Source of the DNA: a virus
IMG/VR virus record: IMGVR_UViG_3300044614_001845
Coordinates: 6,689 to 70,688 of that record
Reading direction: 5' to 3' (one strand)
DNA length: 64,000 nt
The notes below the pieces were generated by a model. The model was not told where the DNA came from. It saw only the letters and a list, made by a program, of their open reading frames with translations, and searched no databases. A program made the position numbers and the translations under genes. Every line of letters starts with the position of its first letter. Position 1 is the stretch's first letter. This document shows positions 8,248-17,706 of the stretch, in pieces.

Positions 8248-8490
8248 ATGACAAGGCGTGAGAGGCTCAAGTTCAGGCCCGGCGAGACAGTCTTCGCTCG
8301 CTGGCACGGCACCAGCGAGTTTGAGATCGTTGAAGAAGTAGCCTGTAATTCTTTTTTGCCGCATTACAAATGTAAGACATGGGGCGGCAGAAAGTATGAC
8401 TACTGGGTTTTTCCTCAAATTCATCTTTCCCGCACTGCGATTGAAACCCTGATTGGGGAAGCAAATCGCAAGCAACTTTCTCTCATCTGA
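8248..8490 (+). CDS. hypothetical protein (possible SH3/Tudor-like fold)
   Basis: FRPGETVFARW pattern. Confidence 0.6.
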   Translation: MTRRERLKFRPGETVFARWHGTSEFEIVEEVACNSFLPHYKCKTWGGRKYDYWVFPQIHLSRTAIETLIGEANRKQLSLI

Positions 8491-8513
8491 TTAATTTCTT
8501 TTCCTCAGAAAAA

Positions 8514-8894
8514 ATGGCAACCTTTCTTTCTCGTCGAGAAGCGCAAGAGCGTGCGCGTAAAGAAAAAGAACAAAAGCGTCAAGATAAGCTGCGGCATAAA
8601 GATTTGCTCTGGGCGGCAAATCGTCGCTACCTAGACGATCAGGAATGGTACGAACTCTTCGTTCTTGATCGCACGTTTGGAAAATGGGGGCCAGAGCAAG
8701 CAGAGTACGAGTTCGGCAAACTAGGAGAACTGCGCGAATTCTTTGCACGTCACGCAGTTGGTAGCAAGTGCCCGCATCTCAATGCCCTAGAAAAGCATCT
8801 TGCTCTTCACGCAGAAAAAGAAGAAACCCAGGCAAAGCAAAAATCAAAGAAAATCGTCAAGGCCCACCCCAGTGAGAAGCTGGTTGCAAAGTAA
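8514..8894 (+). CDS. hypothetical protein
   Basis: 126-aa ORF with TCAGAAAAA-ATG leader. Confidence 0.65.
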   Translation: MATFLSRREAQERARKEKEQKRQDKLRHKDLLWAANRRYLDDQEWYELFVLDRTFGKWGPEQAEYEFGKLGELREFFARHAVGSKCPHLNALEKHLALHAEKEETQAKQKSKKIVKAHPSEKLVAK

Positions 8895-8960
8895 AGGCTA
8901 TGTGCCACTTGTACTACGTGGCACTAGTACACCTTAGCTACAAAAACGACATCCCATCCC

Positions 8961-9308
8961 ATGCTGGAAGAACTGGAACGCGCAGTGCGTATGCAAGAGA
9001 TTCTAACAAGCTCTCGCAAAAAATTCAAAGAACGCACAGAAAAAATCAAAGAAGAACGCAATGAGTTATTGCTTTTGATGACCACATGCGAAGATGGATC
9101 AGTTCAGTACGAAAACTTTGAAAGACAAATTGACGTACTTGATCAACAAGAGTTTGAGATTTACTCAAAGTACAAAAAAGTTCTTCAAGCTGCTGACAAA
9201 GAAATCAGTGAATCAATTACAAGAGTTGTTCAGCGACGCTTTGGATCCAGTGTCCATAGCAGTTCAGCTGCAGGAAATGCGTCCAATTATGACGACGGAG
9301 CAACTTAA
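8961..9308 (+). CDS. hypothetical coiled-coil protein
   Basis: 115-aa ORF. Confidence 0.6.
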   Translation: MLEELERAVRMQEILTSSRKKFKERTEKIKEERNELLLLMTTCEDGSVQYENFERQIDVLDQQEFEIYSKYKKVLQAADKEISESITRVVQRRFGSSVHSSSAAGNASNYDDGAT

Positions 9309-9465
9309 AAGATCAGAGGCGATAACGCAAATTATTGTTTCACTCGCAGCTCTAAAACTTGAACTTGCTGCGAAGCAAGATTCGCACGGTTTTGCACGCA
9401 TCTACAGACAGCAAGTAGAAGCGGCGAAACGAGGCTTGCTTATTTTGCAAGAGCTGCTAGACTAA
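9289..9465 (+). CDS. small hypothetical protein
   Basis: MTTEQLKRS..., internal ATG of the track ORF. Confidence 0.5.
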   Translation: MTTEQLKRSEAITQIIVSLAALKLELAAKQDSHGFARIYRQQVEAAKRGLLILQELLD

Positions 9466-9479
9466 ACCGCTCATTCTTT

Positions 9480-10340
9480 TTGCAGATGACTGACGAACCT
9501 TCACAGTACGCAAAAGCTGAAAACGAATCAGCTCGCTTCACAATGATTTTGAACGATGCGATCAGAGATGATCGTATCAGTTGGCGTGCAAAAGGAATAC
9601 TTGCAGGCTGCATGAGCCATGCAAATAGTTTTCAGTTTAGCAAGAGCTGGATTATTGAACACGGAACAGAGGGGCGAGACGCAGTAAATAACGCATTGAA
9701 CGAACTTCGCAAATACGGATACTTAGAAGATCGTATTAGCAAATGCTCCAAAACGGGCAAAATACTTGGCTGGGGCCTTATTTTCAAAGATCGCCCAAGT
9801 GAGCCGAAGGAGGACCGTCTCCCTGAAAACCCGTCAGACGGAGAAACCGTCTCACTGAAAACCCGTCAGACGGGTAAGCCGTCAGACGGAAAACCAGTGA
9901 CTATAAGAAGACCAATAAATCCAGAAGACCAATCTCAAGAAAACCAAGTAGCCCAGCGCCCGGCGACGCCAGAGACGGCAGCACGGGGCAGCGCACGCTT
10001 CACCGCCGAGACGAAACACATTCCATTCGACTTGCAAAATGTCGCTGCGATGATCTGTGAATTTTTCAACGAACACAAGGCGGGCGCAAAAACAAAGCGA
10101 GCTTTCGACGGATTAATCAAAGAGCTGCTGCAAATCAAACTTGACAAAAGCGGCGGGATCAAAGCTGTGCAAAATCAGCTATCGACAGCGATCAAGCGAT
10201 CTGCAATGGGCGAAAAGAAATGGGCATCCATTACTTACGAAAACTGGCAGCGGTTTGGGCAGGGCAATCAAAGTAATGCTAAATTGCAAACTCCGCAGCT
10301 CCCGATGATCTCTGTTGCTTTTGCAGAGGACATGGTGTAG
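9480..10340 (+). CDS. replication initiator protein (N-terminal wHTH, lambda O-like architecture)
   Basis: D.RISWRAKGIL...GRDAV..AL.EL...GYL motif; internal iterons; directly upstream of DnaB. Confidence 0.8.
   Translation: MQMTDEPSQYAKAENESARFTMILNDAIRDDRISWRAKGILAGCMSHANSFQFSKSWIIEHGTEGRDAVNNALNELRKYGYLEDRISKCSKTGKILGWGLIFKDRPSEPKEDRLPENPSDGETVSLKTRQTGKPSDGKPVTIRRPINPEDQSQENQVAQRPATPETAARGSARFTAETKHIPFDLQNVAAMICEFFNEHKAGAKTKRAFDGLIKELLQIKLDKSGGIKAVQNQLSTAIKRSAMGEKKWASITYENWQRFGQGNQSNAKLQTPQLPMISVAFAEDMV
9815..9898. repeat. iteron array / probable replication origin
   Basis: CCGTC starts at 9815, 9831, 9847, 9863, 9879 (16-bp period); three are palindromic CCGTCAGACGG; A-rich AGAAGACCAAT repeats follow. 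Confidence 0.8.
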
Positions 10341-10373
10341 GATCTGCAAACTCAACCTCAACCCTCAGAAAAC

Positions 10374-11801
10374 ATGACAGTGCTCGACATCAGCAAGTTT
10401 GAAACTGCTGAAGACTCTTCGACGATAGAAAAACATTTTCTTGCTGCCGCCTACAATCATCTTTCTTTTGATGTCGGCAATAATGAGTGGATCTGTGAAT
10501 TCATGGATCTACCAAAATCTGACGATCTATTCAGCGACGCATTTAACAGATACGCATACAGTTGCCTGTATGAAGAGTTCACCAACTTTTCACATGCGCC
10601 GATCAATGACATTACGTTTTCGACGCGACTAAAGAACGCAGCTTCTTGCGAACTAAGAACTGCTGAAGAGTATGTGCAAAAGATTGCAAGCCTGCCGATT
10701 GAAAATGATTTAGATACCTGGCGTTTTCAAATTCTGCCCATTTGGAAATTTCATCGTTCACGCCGCCTCATCAAAGATTACCTTGCAACTTCACTTGATC
10801 TTGTAAATAAAAGCTGCAGCCAAACTGAATCAAAAATTGCTCTTGCGAATGTTCTTCATGCCGCCGAGCTGCTCGATGGCAACGACCTCGCTCAGGAGGC
10901 CCTGCACCCCCTTCTCGCCTCACGAGAGATACTCCTGGGGCCAAAGCTGCTCAACAGGGTCTTACAGACCCGTTTCAGCGGGCTGAACAGCTGCCTGGGC
11001 GGAGGCATCCGTCACCCCGACAGCGCCGACAAGGGAAGACTGATCGTTGTGGCAGGACGACCGGGTTCTGGCAAATCAACCTGGGCAATGAATCTTGCAC
11101 TTGATGTTGCAATGAAGAATTGCAAAGTATTGTTCTATACGCTTGAGATGTCAGAAAAAGAAGTGTGCGATAGAATGATAAGTTGCATGGACTATCTTAA
11201 TTGCATAGAAAACAATGCACGTAATCCCTTGTCTTATGCACACATCATTCGACAAGCAAATGACAAGATGCAGGCGGATCGAATCAGAGAAATGCAATTA
11301 GATGAGATTGCGAAGAACTTAATCTTTGCAAAAACTTACGACGTTACACCAGATCAAGTAGTATCTAAGATCAAGACAGAAAAGCGCAAAAATAAAGATC
11401 TGGGCTTAGTTGTAATTGATTATCTTACTTTGCTCGATCTTGATTCGGAGAAAGTCTCAAGTGAAAACAGGGCACTGGCTGTTGGCAAGGCAACACGACG
11501 CCTGAAAACAGTTGCGCTGCAGACAGGAGTTGACATTCTCGCCGTCTGTCAGCTCAACAGGGGCGTTGAAATGCGCGACAACAAACGCCCAATGCTTTCG
11601 GATCTTCGTGAATCAGGGCGCATCGAAGAAGATGCTGACGTTGTAATTATGAATTACTGGCCTTACTACTACAACAAAGAAGAAGACCCGCTTTGTTATG
11701 AATACGCCGTTGTGAAAAATAGACAAGGTGCGACGGGAACGTGCAATGCAACATTCGCCGCCGAGTTCTATGCAATGCTTGATTCGATGAGCCAATTATG
11801 A
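10374..11801 (+). CDS. dnaB: DnaB-like replicative helicase
   Basis: Walker A GRPGSGKST, VIDYL, CQLNR, LSDLRESGRIEEDAD, KNRQG. Confidence 0.95.
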   Translation: MTVLDISKFETAEDSSTIEKHFLAAAYNHLSFDVGNNEWICEFMDLPKSDDLFSDAFNRYAYSCLYEEFTNFSHAPINDITFSTRLKNAASCELRTAEEYVQKIASLPIENDLDTWRFQILPIWKFHRSRRLIKDYLATSLDLVNKSCSQTESKIALANVLHAAELLDGNDLAQEALHPLLASREILLGPKLLNRVLQTRFSGLNSCLGGGIRHPDSADKGRLIVVAGRPGSGKSTWAMNLALDVAMKNCKVLFYTLEMSEKEVCDRMISCMDYLNCIENNARNPLSYAHIIRQANDKMQADRIREMQLDEIAKNLIFAKTYDVTPDQVVSKIKTEKRKNKDLGLVVIDYLTLLDLDSEKVSSENRALAVGKATRRLKTVALQTGVDILAVCQLNRGVEMRDNKRPMLSDLRESGRIEEDADVVIMNYWPYYYNKEEDPLCYEYAVVKNRQGATGTCNATFAAEFYAMLDSMSQL

Positions 11802-12439
11802 AACATTCATCACGTCGAGAGCCCTGCCCAGTTTGCAGTCGCAACAAAGATGACAAATGTAGGTGGAATGATGAAATGATATTTTGCTATGATGGCACAT
11901 CTTTTGCGCCGCCTCAGCATTTGAAGGTCGGCGACAAGGTGAAAGTCGGCTCAAACATTTACGCTTTATTTTCGCATCAATGTGGATTTGCAAATAACTC
12001 TTTTGGTTTTGCGTTAATAGATGACTTTGATTACAGGTTTTTGCCATACGAAGACAAGAGAGCTTACAGAAGAAAGTGCGTAAGCATAACTCGCACGTTC
12101 ATCAAAAAGCGCGACGCCTTGAATGCGTTTTTGTATCTAATCAAGCAAGAAGAATCTTTTCATGACATGACACTAGAGCTATTCAGGGTGAATAAAGGAT
12201 TCACGGTAAAAGCTAATTCCTTGCTCGCCCTTCTTTATCAATACATAACTGCGAACAAAAGATACATCATCGACTATCTAAAAGAGATTGAGAAAATTCA
12301 AGGATTGATGCGGGTGATGGATGAGAATATCAAATTGATGTATGCTTTTGAAGTGTTGCACTTCGGCGTGAATGGAGCTTCCGAAGACAAAGATCTCTCC
12401 AGCGCCCGATTGGACAGCAATCTTCACACTGCACCCTGA
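11798..12439 (+). CDS. protein with primase-type N-terminal Zn finger, no catalytic primase domain seen
   Basis: REPCPVC...C...C at N-terminus; coupled to dnaB. Confidence 0.55.
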   Translation: MKHSSRREPCPVCSRNKDDKCRWNDEMIFCYDGTSFAPPQHLKVGDKVKVGSNIYALFSHQCGFANNSFGFALIDDFDYRFLPYEDKRAYRRKCVSITRTFIKKRDALNAFLYLIKQEESFHDMTLELFRVNKGFTVKANSLLALLYQYITANKRYIIDYLKEIEKIQGLMRVMDENIKLMYAFEVLHFGVNGASEDKDLSSARLDSNLHTAP

Positions 12440-12575
12440 ACTCGATCCACCAGGATTTGCAGAGGTGTTTATCGACATTCACGAGAATCCTTACGTCAAA
12501 CCCAAGGAGGCGGATAAAGAAAAAACAGCGGCGAAAAAGAAAAAGAAAAAGCTGGGGCGCAACGAGAAAGCTTAG
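12372..12575 (+). CDS. small hypothetical protein with Lys-rich tail
   Basis: PDW..IF...PELDPPGF motif. Confidence 0.5.
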   Translation: MELPKTKISPAPDWTAIFTLHPELDPPGFAEVFIDIHENPYVKPKEADKEKTAAKKKKKKLGRNEKA

Positions 12576-12580
12576 AAGCG

Positions 12581-12874
12581 TCAGAACTCATCCCAGTTGC
12601 TGTCCTTTCGCTTTTCAAATTCATCCAGCGTCACCTTCTCAAAATCAATCGGCGCAACAGGAATCTTTCTTGTTAGATGCCTATTGTCAGAGTTTTCTTC
12701 TGTTGCAATTCCATTGATCTCGCAGTATTTCTCATACCACTCCTGAATCATTCTTCTATCAACAAACCCCTGCATCAAATTTGATACCGCTTGAACGCTC
12801 TCGCCCTTTTCAAAAAGCAGGTTGACGCACACACGCAGAATGCGATTAAGAGAAGTTGACGCTCGTGTGGGCAT
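12581..12874 (-). CDS. hypothetical protein
   Basis: 97-aa ORF divergent from ERF. Confidence 0.6.
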   Translation of the reverse strand: MPTRASTSLNRILRVCVNLLFEKGESVQAVSNLMQGFVDRRMIQEWYEKYCEINGIATEENSDNRHLTRKIPVAPIDFEKVTLDEFEKRKDSNWDEF

Positions 12875-12948
12875 TTTGCAACTAAGGCTTGACGGGTCGT
12901 GCTACGTGATGTTACCTTATGCTTTGTCCACTCGACCACTCAGAAAAC

Positions 12949-13698
12949 GTGTCGGTTCATCAGAAGCTCATGCAGGCACGCATCGCACTGCAGGGCACAA
13001 AGCTCACGAAAAGCGGTAAAAACAAATTCGCTGGATACAACTACTTTGAACTTGGCGATTTCCTGCCAACCGTTCAAGAAATCTTTTTGAAGCTTGGTAT
13101 TTGTGGTGTCGTTAGCTATGGCACAGAGCAGGCTGTCCTGACGATTTACGACTGCGAGAAGCCAGATAACAAGATCATGATCTCGTCGCCCATGTCGTCT
13201 GCAGCGCTCAAAGGCGCACACGAAATTCAGAATCTCGGCGCAGTGCAAACCTATCTGCGTCGTTACCTGTGGGTGACGGCAATGGAGATCGTTGAGCACG
13301 ATGCCCTTGATGCCGTGTTGGGCAGCGATTCCAACGCTCCCGCCCCTGTTCAGAAACGCGCTGCAGCTCCTGCACCTACTCCAGCCCCAGCCCCTGCCGC
13401 CTCTGAACCTTCCCTGCAGGACAAGCTGGAGGCCAAGCTGACTGATCTGGGCATCACGCCCTATGGCATCAAAACAGTGCTGGCGATCACAGAGGCTACA
13501 ACAGTTTCTGAAATTGCAGAAAACAAAGCAACTGCTTTGCTGAAAGCTGTTGGCCCTGATCACATCAAGATGTTCAATCTTGGCAAGAACAGCAAGGGGG
13601 CGCAAATTATCCCTGAGCCCGTGAAGGATCAAGTTAGCGCGGCAAATTCTATTGACGAGCTTGCAAAAGCAGCTGAGGAGGCTTTTGGTGATGACTGA
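12949..13698 (+). CDS. erf: ERF-family single-strand annealing protein
   Basis: KSGKNKFAGYNYFELGDFLP and QNLGAVQTYLRRYL motifs; GTG start after TCAGAAAAC; promoter TTGACG-N18-TACCTT at 12889-12918. Confidence 0.9.
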   Translation: MSVHQKLMQARIALQGTKLTKSGKNKFAGYNYFELGDFLPTVQEIFLKLGICGVVSYGTEQAVLTIYDCEKPDNKIMISSPMSSAALKGAHEIQNLGAVQTYLRRYLWVTAMEIVEHDALDAVLGSDSNAPAPVQKRAAAPAPTPAPAPAASEPSLQDKLEAKLTDLGITPYGIKTVLAITEATTVSEIAENKATALLKAVGPDHIKMFNLGKNSKGAQIIPEPVKDQVSAANSIDELAKAAEEAFGDD

Positions 13699-13855
13699 AC
13701 CAATTCAATGGAAGGTCACGCGCCTTCCCTCTCGTGGTCCTAAACCTGGACAATCTCAAGAGTCATTCCTGCGTGGTAAAGCGCAGGGTGACAAAAAATG
13801 GGATAAGCAACGAGAGGTCAATTTCAACAAGTTGCTCAACAACAAAAAGCCATGA
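13691..13855 (+). CDS. small basic hypothetical protein
   Basis: MTEPIQWKVTRLP..., overlaps the erf stop. Confidence 0.55.
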   Translation: MTEPIQWKVTRLPSRGPKPGQSQESFLRGKAQGDKKWDKQREVNFNKLLNNKKP

Positions 13856-14064
13856 CACAACAACTTTCACCTGCCGCAAATGCAATTCTCAAAGCGTTCT
13901 GTGAGCGCTATGACGAAATCTGCGATAGCGGAGTGCTTCATAAAAACTGGAAAGAACACTGCATAGCAGCTACTCTTACGGCGCTTGTAATGCGAATTAA
14001 AGGCGCTAACGGCATCCGACAAGACATCATCGACATTGTTTACGAACTGGAGGATTGCGATTGA
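13852..14064 (+). CDS. hypothetical protein
   Basis: 70-aa ORF, ATGA coupling. Confidence 0.6.
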   Translation: MTQQLSPAANAILKAFCERYDEICDSGVLHKNWKEHCIAATLTALVMRIKGANGIRQDIIDIVYELEDCD

Positions 14065-14225
14065 AGCACTGGTGGCGAATCATCGCTAAAGCTCTTGGTG
14101 AGAAAGCGCACTATCACAATCGGATCGCAGATCAAGTTGCAATGGTGCGCTTCTCCATCCTGCTTGCATATATGATCACGAATGTTTTTATATGTGCAGG
14201 CGTTATTCGGCACTGGAACAACTGA
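14061..14225 (+). CDS. small membrane protein of a type common in cyanophages (not in ORF track)
   Basis: hand translation MKHWWRIIAKALGEKA...AGVIRHWNN. Confidence 0.65.
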   Translation: MKHWWRIIAKALGEKAHYHNRIADQVAMVRFSILLAYMITNVFICAGVIRHWNN

Positions 14226-14234
14226 TTCTTTGTC

Positions 14235-14564
14235 ATGAAGCGAGACACTTTTCAAGTAACTGGCCTGCGAATTGAAAGGCAGTACGACAGGTGGAATGGC
14301 GCTTTGTTTGTTGCCTGGAAGCCCAACGTATCTATGTGCTTTCGCACACGCAAAGAGCTATTGAAATTTTGCTCTTGGCCAGCTAAAACACCAACCGGCG
14401 ACAAGCTCAGGGAATGGTTGAACAGCTTTGAGGTCAACGAAACTCAGGTTGATGATCCACAACCTCAGTCATCGCTAACAGAAGAACACCTAACCACTGG
14501 TTTTGGCCCAGAATGTCATCTAGACGAAACAGACCCGAATCATCAAACGCGAACGATCATTTGA
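14235..14564 (+). CDS. hypothetical protein
   Basis: 109-aa ORF. Confidence 0.65.
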   Translation: MKRDTFQVTGLRIERQYDRWNGALFVAWKPNVSMCFRTRKELLKFCSWPAKTPTGDKLREWLNSFEVNETQVDDPQPQSSLTEEHLTTGFGPECHLDETDPNHQTRTII

Positions 14565-14647
14565 TGGAGAATATCGTCACGCTATCAATTTGCATTTTTA
14601 GTGCAGTGTCCATTGGAATTTTTTACATCGCCACCATTCACAATTAG

Positions 14648-14896
14648 ATGCCAGAACTGCCACTTCAATCGGATCGGCGACCCAAAGGAAAGGGGCGTAA
14701 CTTCACGGTAAACATTCGCATGAGTCGTGAAGAAATCGAACAGGCTAGGCAACTCGGCGGAGGCAATGTCTCCATGGGTTTTCGCTGGGCGCTGCGCTAT
14801 GCAACAGAACGCAGAATGAAGCCGATTACACTTTCAACTTTGCTAAGATCAGCAGCAGTTCTAGCCAGTGAGCTTGAATCAAAAAACCATGGCTGA
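14648..14896 (+). CDS. putative ribbon-helix-helix DNA-binding protein
   Basis: NFTVNIRMSREEIEQA...NVS pattern. Confidence 0.55.
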   Translation: MPELPLQSDRRPKGKGRNFTVNIRMSREEIEQARQLGGGNVSMGFRWALRYATERRMKPITLSTLLRSAAVLASELESKNHG

Positions 14897-15395
14897 CCCT
14901 TATTTCAGAGAGCTTAGCTATCAGCCTGATTGGCTCCTTGATGAGATCAACTCAATCGACAAGGAGAAGCAAGTTTGGTCTGATCACTTTGGCTTTCATG
15001 CCATTGAACTTGACCCAAATCTGATTCAATCAGATGCTGCGCTGAAACTCGTGCATCATGTTCAGCCAATCGCAAGGCTTGGGCTTTTGATGATACGCCC
15101 ATCGAATTTCTACAAATGGCACAGGGACAGCATTAGACAGTGCTGTCTGAACATGCTGATCAGCCAAGATCACAACAGCCATACTTTATTTGGCCAAGAT
15201 CTTGACTTTCAAAACATGAGCATCGTTGAACTGAAGTATAAACCAGAAACGCTTTACTTGTTCAATAATCAAGAGCAACACTGCGTTGTTAATCTTGATG
15301 GCCCACGCTATTTATTCAGTCTTTACTTCCGCGACGAAACGCCATATCAAATAGTAAGAGATAGGCTTGCAACTGCTGGTTTGCTGAAGCCCTGA
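14889..15395 (+). CDS. putative 2OG-Fe(II) oxygenase / cupin-fold protein
   Basis: HxD (WHRD), distal H (QEQHCVVN) and R. Confidence 0.6.
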   Translation: MADPYFRELSYQPDWLLDEINSIDKEKQVWSDHFGFHAIELDPNLIQSDAALKLVHHVQPIARLGLLMIRPSNFYKWHRDSIRQCCLNMLISQDHNSHTLFGQDLDFQNMSIVELKYKPETLYLFNNQEQHCVVNLDGPRYLFSLYFRDETPYQIVRDRLATAGLLKP

Positions 15396-15604
15396 TGAGA
15401 TGCGCTAACTGCGATCACGAGCGAATCAACGTTGACAGAACATGCCGTGATACATCTGAGTCAATCCTGCGAAAACGCAAATGCCCTGAGTGTGGCTACA
15501 CGGTATTCACTCTTGAGGTTGAACTTCCAGACGGGCTTGTCAAGCATGATCACAACTTTATTATGCGTCGCTTACCTGGCTGTCTTCGTGTTCACTTCTC
15601 ATAA
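15395..15604 (+). CDS. NrdR-like zinc-ribbon protein
   Basis: MRCANC...RKRKCPECG.TVFTLE. Confidence 0.65.
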   Translation: MRCANCDHERINVDRTCRDTSESILRKRKCPECGYTVFTLEVELPDGLVKHDHNFIMRRLPGCLRVHFS

Positions 15605-15617
15605 TCACTAATCACCC

Positions 15618-15971
15618 ATGACACAACAACACCCCGTCACCCCACCACCGCACCTAATAGAGCGATGGATGCAAGATCACCCCACTAAGTACGCCCTAGC
15701 CCGCCGAGCCGCCCAATGGGGCGCAAACGAAGAACTCGAAGCGTGTCGAATGGAAATTATTGATGGAGCAGGACTTTTCTACATCGACGAAACCAGCGAC
15801 CGTGTTCGTTTAGCCGAAGACATCTGGACTGCTCGCCGCCCCAAGCCGCCAAGCTTGAAGAGGCAGGCGCTAGAGGCGTTAGCTCACATTCTCAATAACA
15901 GCTCTACTCAACTTGGTGCAGACACCATCCGCCGCGCTCTTGAACAACTTCCCGATCAAGAAAACTCCTGA
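15618..15971 (+). CDS. hypothetical protein
   Basis: 117-aa ORF. Confidence 0.65.
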   Translation: MTQQHPVTPPPHLIERWMQDHPTKYALARRAAQWGANEELEACRMEIIDGAGLFYIDETSDRVRLAEDIWTARRPKPPSLKRQALEALAHILNNSSTQLGADTIRRALEQLPDQENS

Positions 15972-16162
15972 TAGCCATGTCATTTTATTTTGCCTTTTTA
16001 TTTTGCGCGGCCTGCGGTGCTCTTGTCATTGCTCTTACTGGCTTCGCAGTTTTTGTGTGGCTGCAGGTTCTTAATGAGCTAGAAGAGCGTCGTGTTCACA
16101 AGAGGCGGCAACGTGAATCGCGCTTCTGATGTTTCAGCATCCTTGTGGTCGCTTTTACTTCT

Positions 16163-16372
16163 ATGCCCAAAAGAATTGATCTCACGGACGAGTACGCGCA
16201 CAGCGGTATCGACATCACCTGGACGCCTTCAGCTCAGCGTCTTGACTTTGGCGGGTGGTACGACTCGTTTGTCGGTCTTGAAAGCCACAGTTTCAAACTG
16301 CGCGAGTTTTTCGATGCACTTGGCATCACGGAAAAAGACTGCGCCAAAGCGTTTAAGTCTCAAGCCCAATAG
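16163..16372 (+). CDS. hypothetical protein
   Basis: MPKRIDL...GWYDSFVG. Confidence 0.55.
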   Translation: MPKRIDLTDEYAHSGIDITWTPSAQRLDFGGWYDSFVGLESHSFKLREFFDALGITEKDCAKAFKSQAQ

Positions 16373-16391
16373 TCGCCGTTGCTAATCCTTC

Positions 16392-16568
16392 ATGACAGAA
16401 CTAGACACAAAGCTTTGCTGCGCTATTTCTCCCAACATGAAAGAACCTGTGCCAGAGGAATGGGCGCCTGAAGCGAAACGTGCATTACTTGCAATTATTG
16501 GCGACTTGAGGGATAATGGGTATTGGCAGGCGGCTGACTACCTTCTGTCAAGCACGTCACTTCTCTAA
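16392..16568 (+). CDS. small hypothetical protein (not in ORF track)
   Basis: 58-aa hand-translated ORF filling the gap. Confidence 0.5.
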   Translation: MTELDTKLCCAISPNMKEPVPEEWAPEAKRALLAIIGDLRDNGYWQAADYLLSSTSLL

Positions 16569-16576
16569 TTCAGCTA

Positions 16577-17338
16577 ATGGCGCATCCTGGATCTGGCTTT
16601 TACATAAAAGATGACAAGCAATATGCTTCAGTGAGCACTGTCCTGGGGCGCACGTCTGAATTATTCAATCCCAACAAAATGAAGGGCTTGGATATTTGGC
16701 GGCAAATGGAGCCAAACTGGCAAGAGATCATGGAGAGAGCCCAGCGTCGGGGGACAATCATTCACGCCGAAGCCGAATTATTTTTTACCGGCGATGCAGA
16801 TAAACATAAATTGGATCACGCCACTATGGATGAGATCATGGAATACAACATCCATGAGTACATCTCATACTTATCGCCTGTTTTGGAACTGATTAAGTCT
16901 CAAAACTTCAAGAACGAAGTCAGCGCTCCATCATTCCTCATGGAAGAAGAGCTGTTCTGTGATCTTGGTTATGCAGGTACTGCTGACCTTCGCTTGAACT
17001 GGGACGGAAAGTACACAATTTGGGACTGGAAAACGGTGCGCTCGTACAAAGAAGAGGGCGTCAAGAAAAAACCCAAATCCATGTCGCATTACAAAGAAGC
17101 TGAGGTTCAGATTGCTGCATATGCACTTGCTCACAATCTTGCTGTAAAGAAAGGTGAGCTTGACAATCAGATAACTCAAGGTGTAATCTGTGTTTGCTAT
17201 GACTGGCGTGAACCACACATTCACGTTCTAGACAAGCAAGAGCTGAAAGCAAAGGCGCAAGAGTTCATCGAACGTCTTAACGCTTACTGCTCTCTTGAGA
17301 ACACCTCACTCCCTAAGGCGATTAACTTCGCAATCTGA
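16577..17338 (+). CDS. PD-(D/E)XK exonuclease (RecB/Cas4-like)
   Basis: SVSTVLG, RGTIIH, YAGTAD, DWKT, QIAAYA motifs. Confidence 0.9.
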   Translation: MAHPGSGFYIKDDKQYASVSTVLGRTSELFNPNKMKGLDIWRQMEPNWQEIMERAQRRGTIIHAEAELFFTGDADKHKLDHATMDEIMEYNIHEYISYLSPVLELIKSQNFKNEVSAPSFLMEEELFCDLGYAGTADLRLNWDGKYTIWDWKTVRSYKEEGVKKKPKSMSHYKEAEVQIAAYALAHNLAVKKGELDNQITQGVICVCYDWREPHIHVLDKQELKAKAQEFIERLNAYCSLENTSLPKAINFAI

Positions 17339-17340
17339 AC

Positions 17341-17691
17341 ATGCTTTCGATCACTGCCAGCGGCTACATCACAGGCGAACCAAAAGTCGAAGACACCGAG
17401 TACGGCAAACGTGCCACTATCACCATCCGTGCTAAAACCAGCAACGGCAAACAAACCCATTACATCAACGCCGTTTTCTACGGAAAGCGAATTGAGACTG
17501 TTTGCAAATATATGGCAGATGGGCGCCAGGTATCAATTATCGGGTCCGTAAGGCAAATGAGTGGCAAAAAGAAAAATGATGGCACAGAGTATTCCTCTAT
17601 TTACATGGATGCCAGTGATTTCAGCCTGCCAGAGCTGAACGGTGGAGATCCTGATCGCCGCAAACCTATTGATGAGGAGGTTGCGTTCTGA
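17341..17691 (+). CDS. ssb: single-stranded DNA-binding protein
   Basis: OB-fold pattern, acidic tail DEEVAF. Confidence 0.85.
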   Translation: MLSITASGYITGEPKVEDTEYGKRATITIRAKTSNGKQTHYINAVFYGKRIETVCKYMADGRQVSIIGSVRQMSGKKKNDGTEYSSIYMDASDFSLPELNGGDPDRRKPIDEEVAF

Positions 17692-17706
17692 TTCACTTGG
17701 CATGAT

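Noticed and set aside
12940-13632. 230-aa ORF antisense to erf (and similar ORFs opposite AbrB, portal, TMP and the 50.7-51.4 kb gene)
   Set aside because: Fully nested opposite well-supported genes
16577-17338. Cas4-like nuclease as a sign of a CRISPR-related system
   Set aside because: Context (ERF, SSB, RusA) fits an ordinary recombination exonuclease; no array
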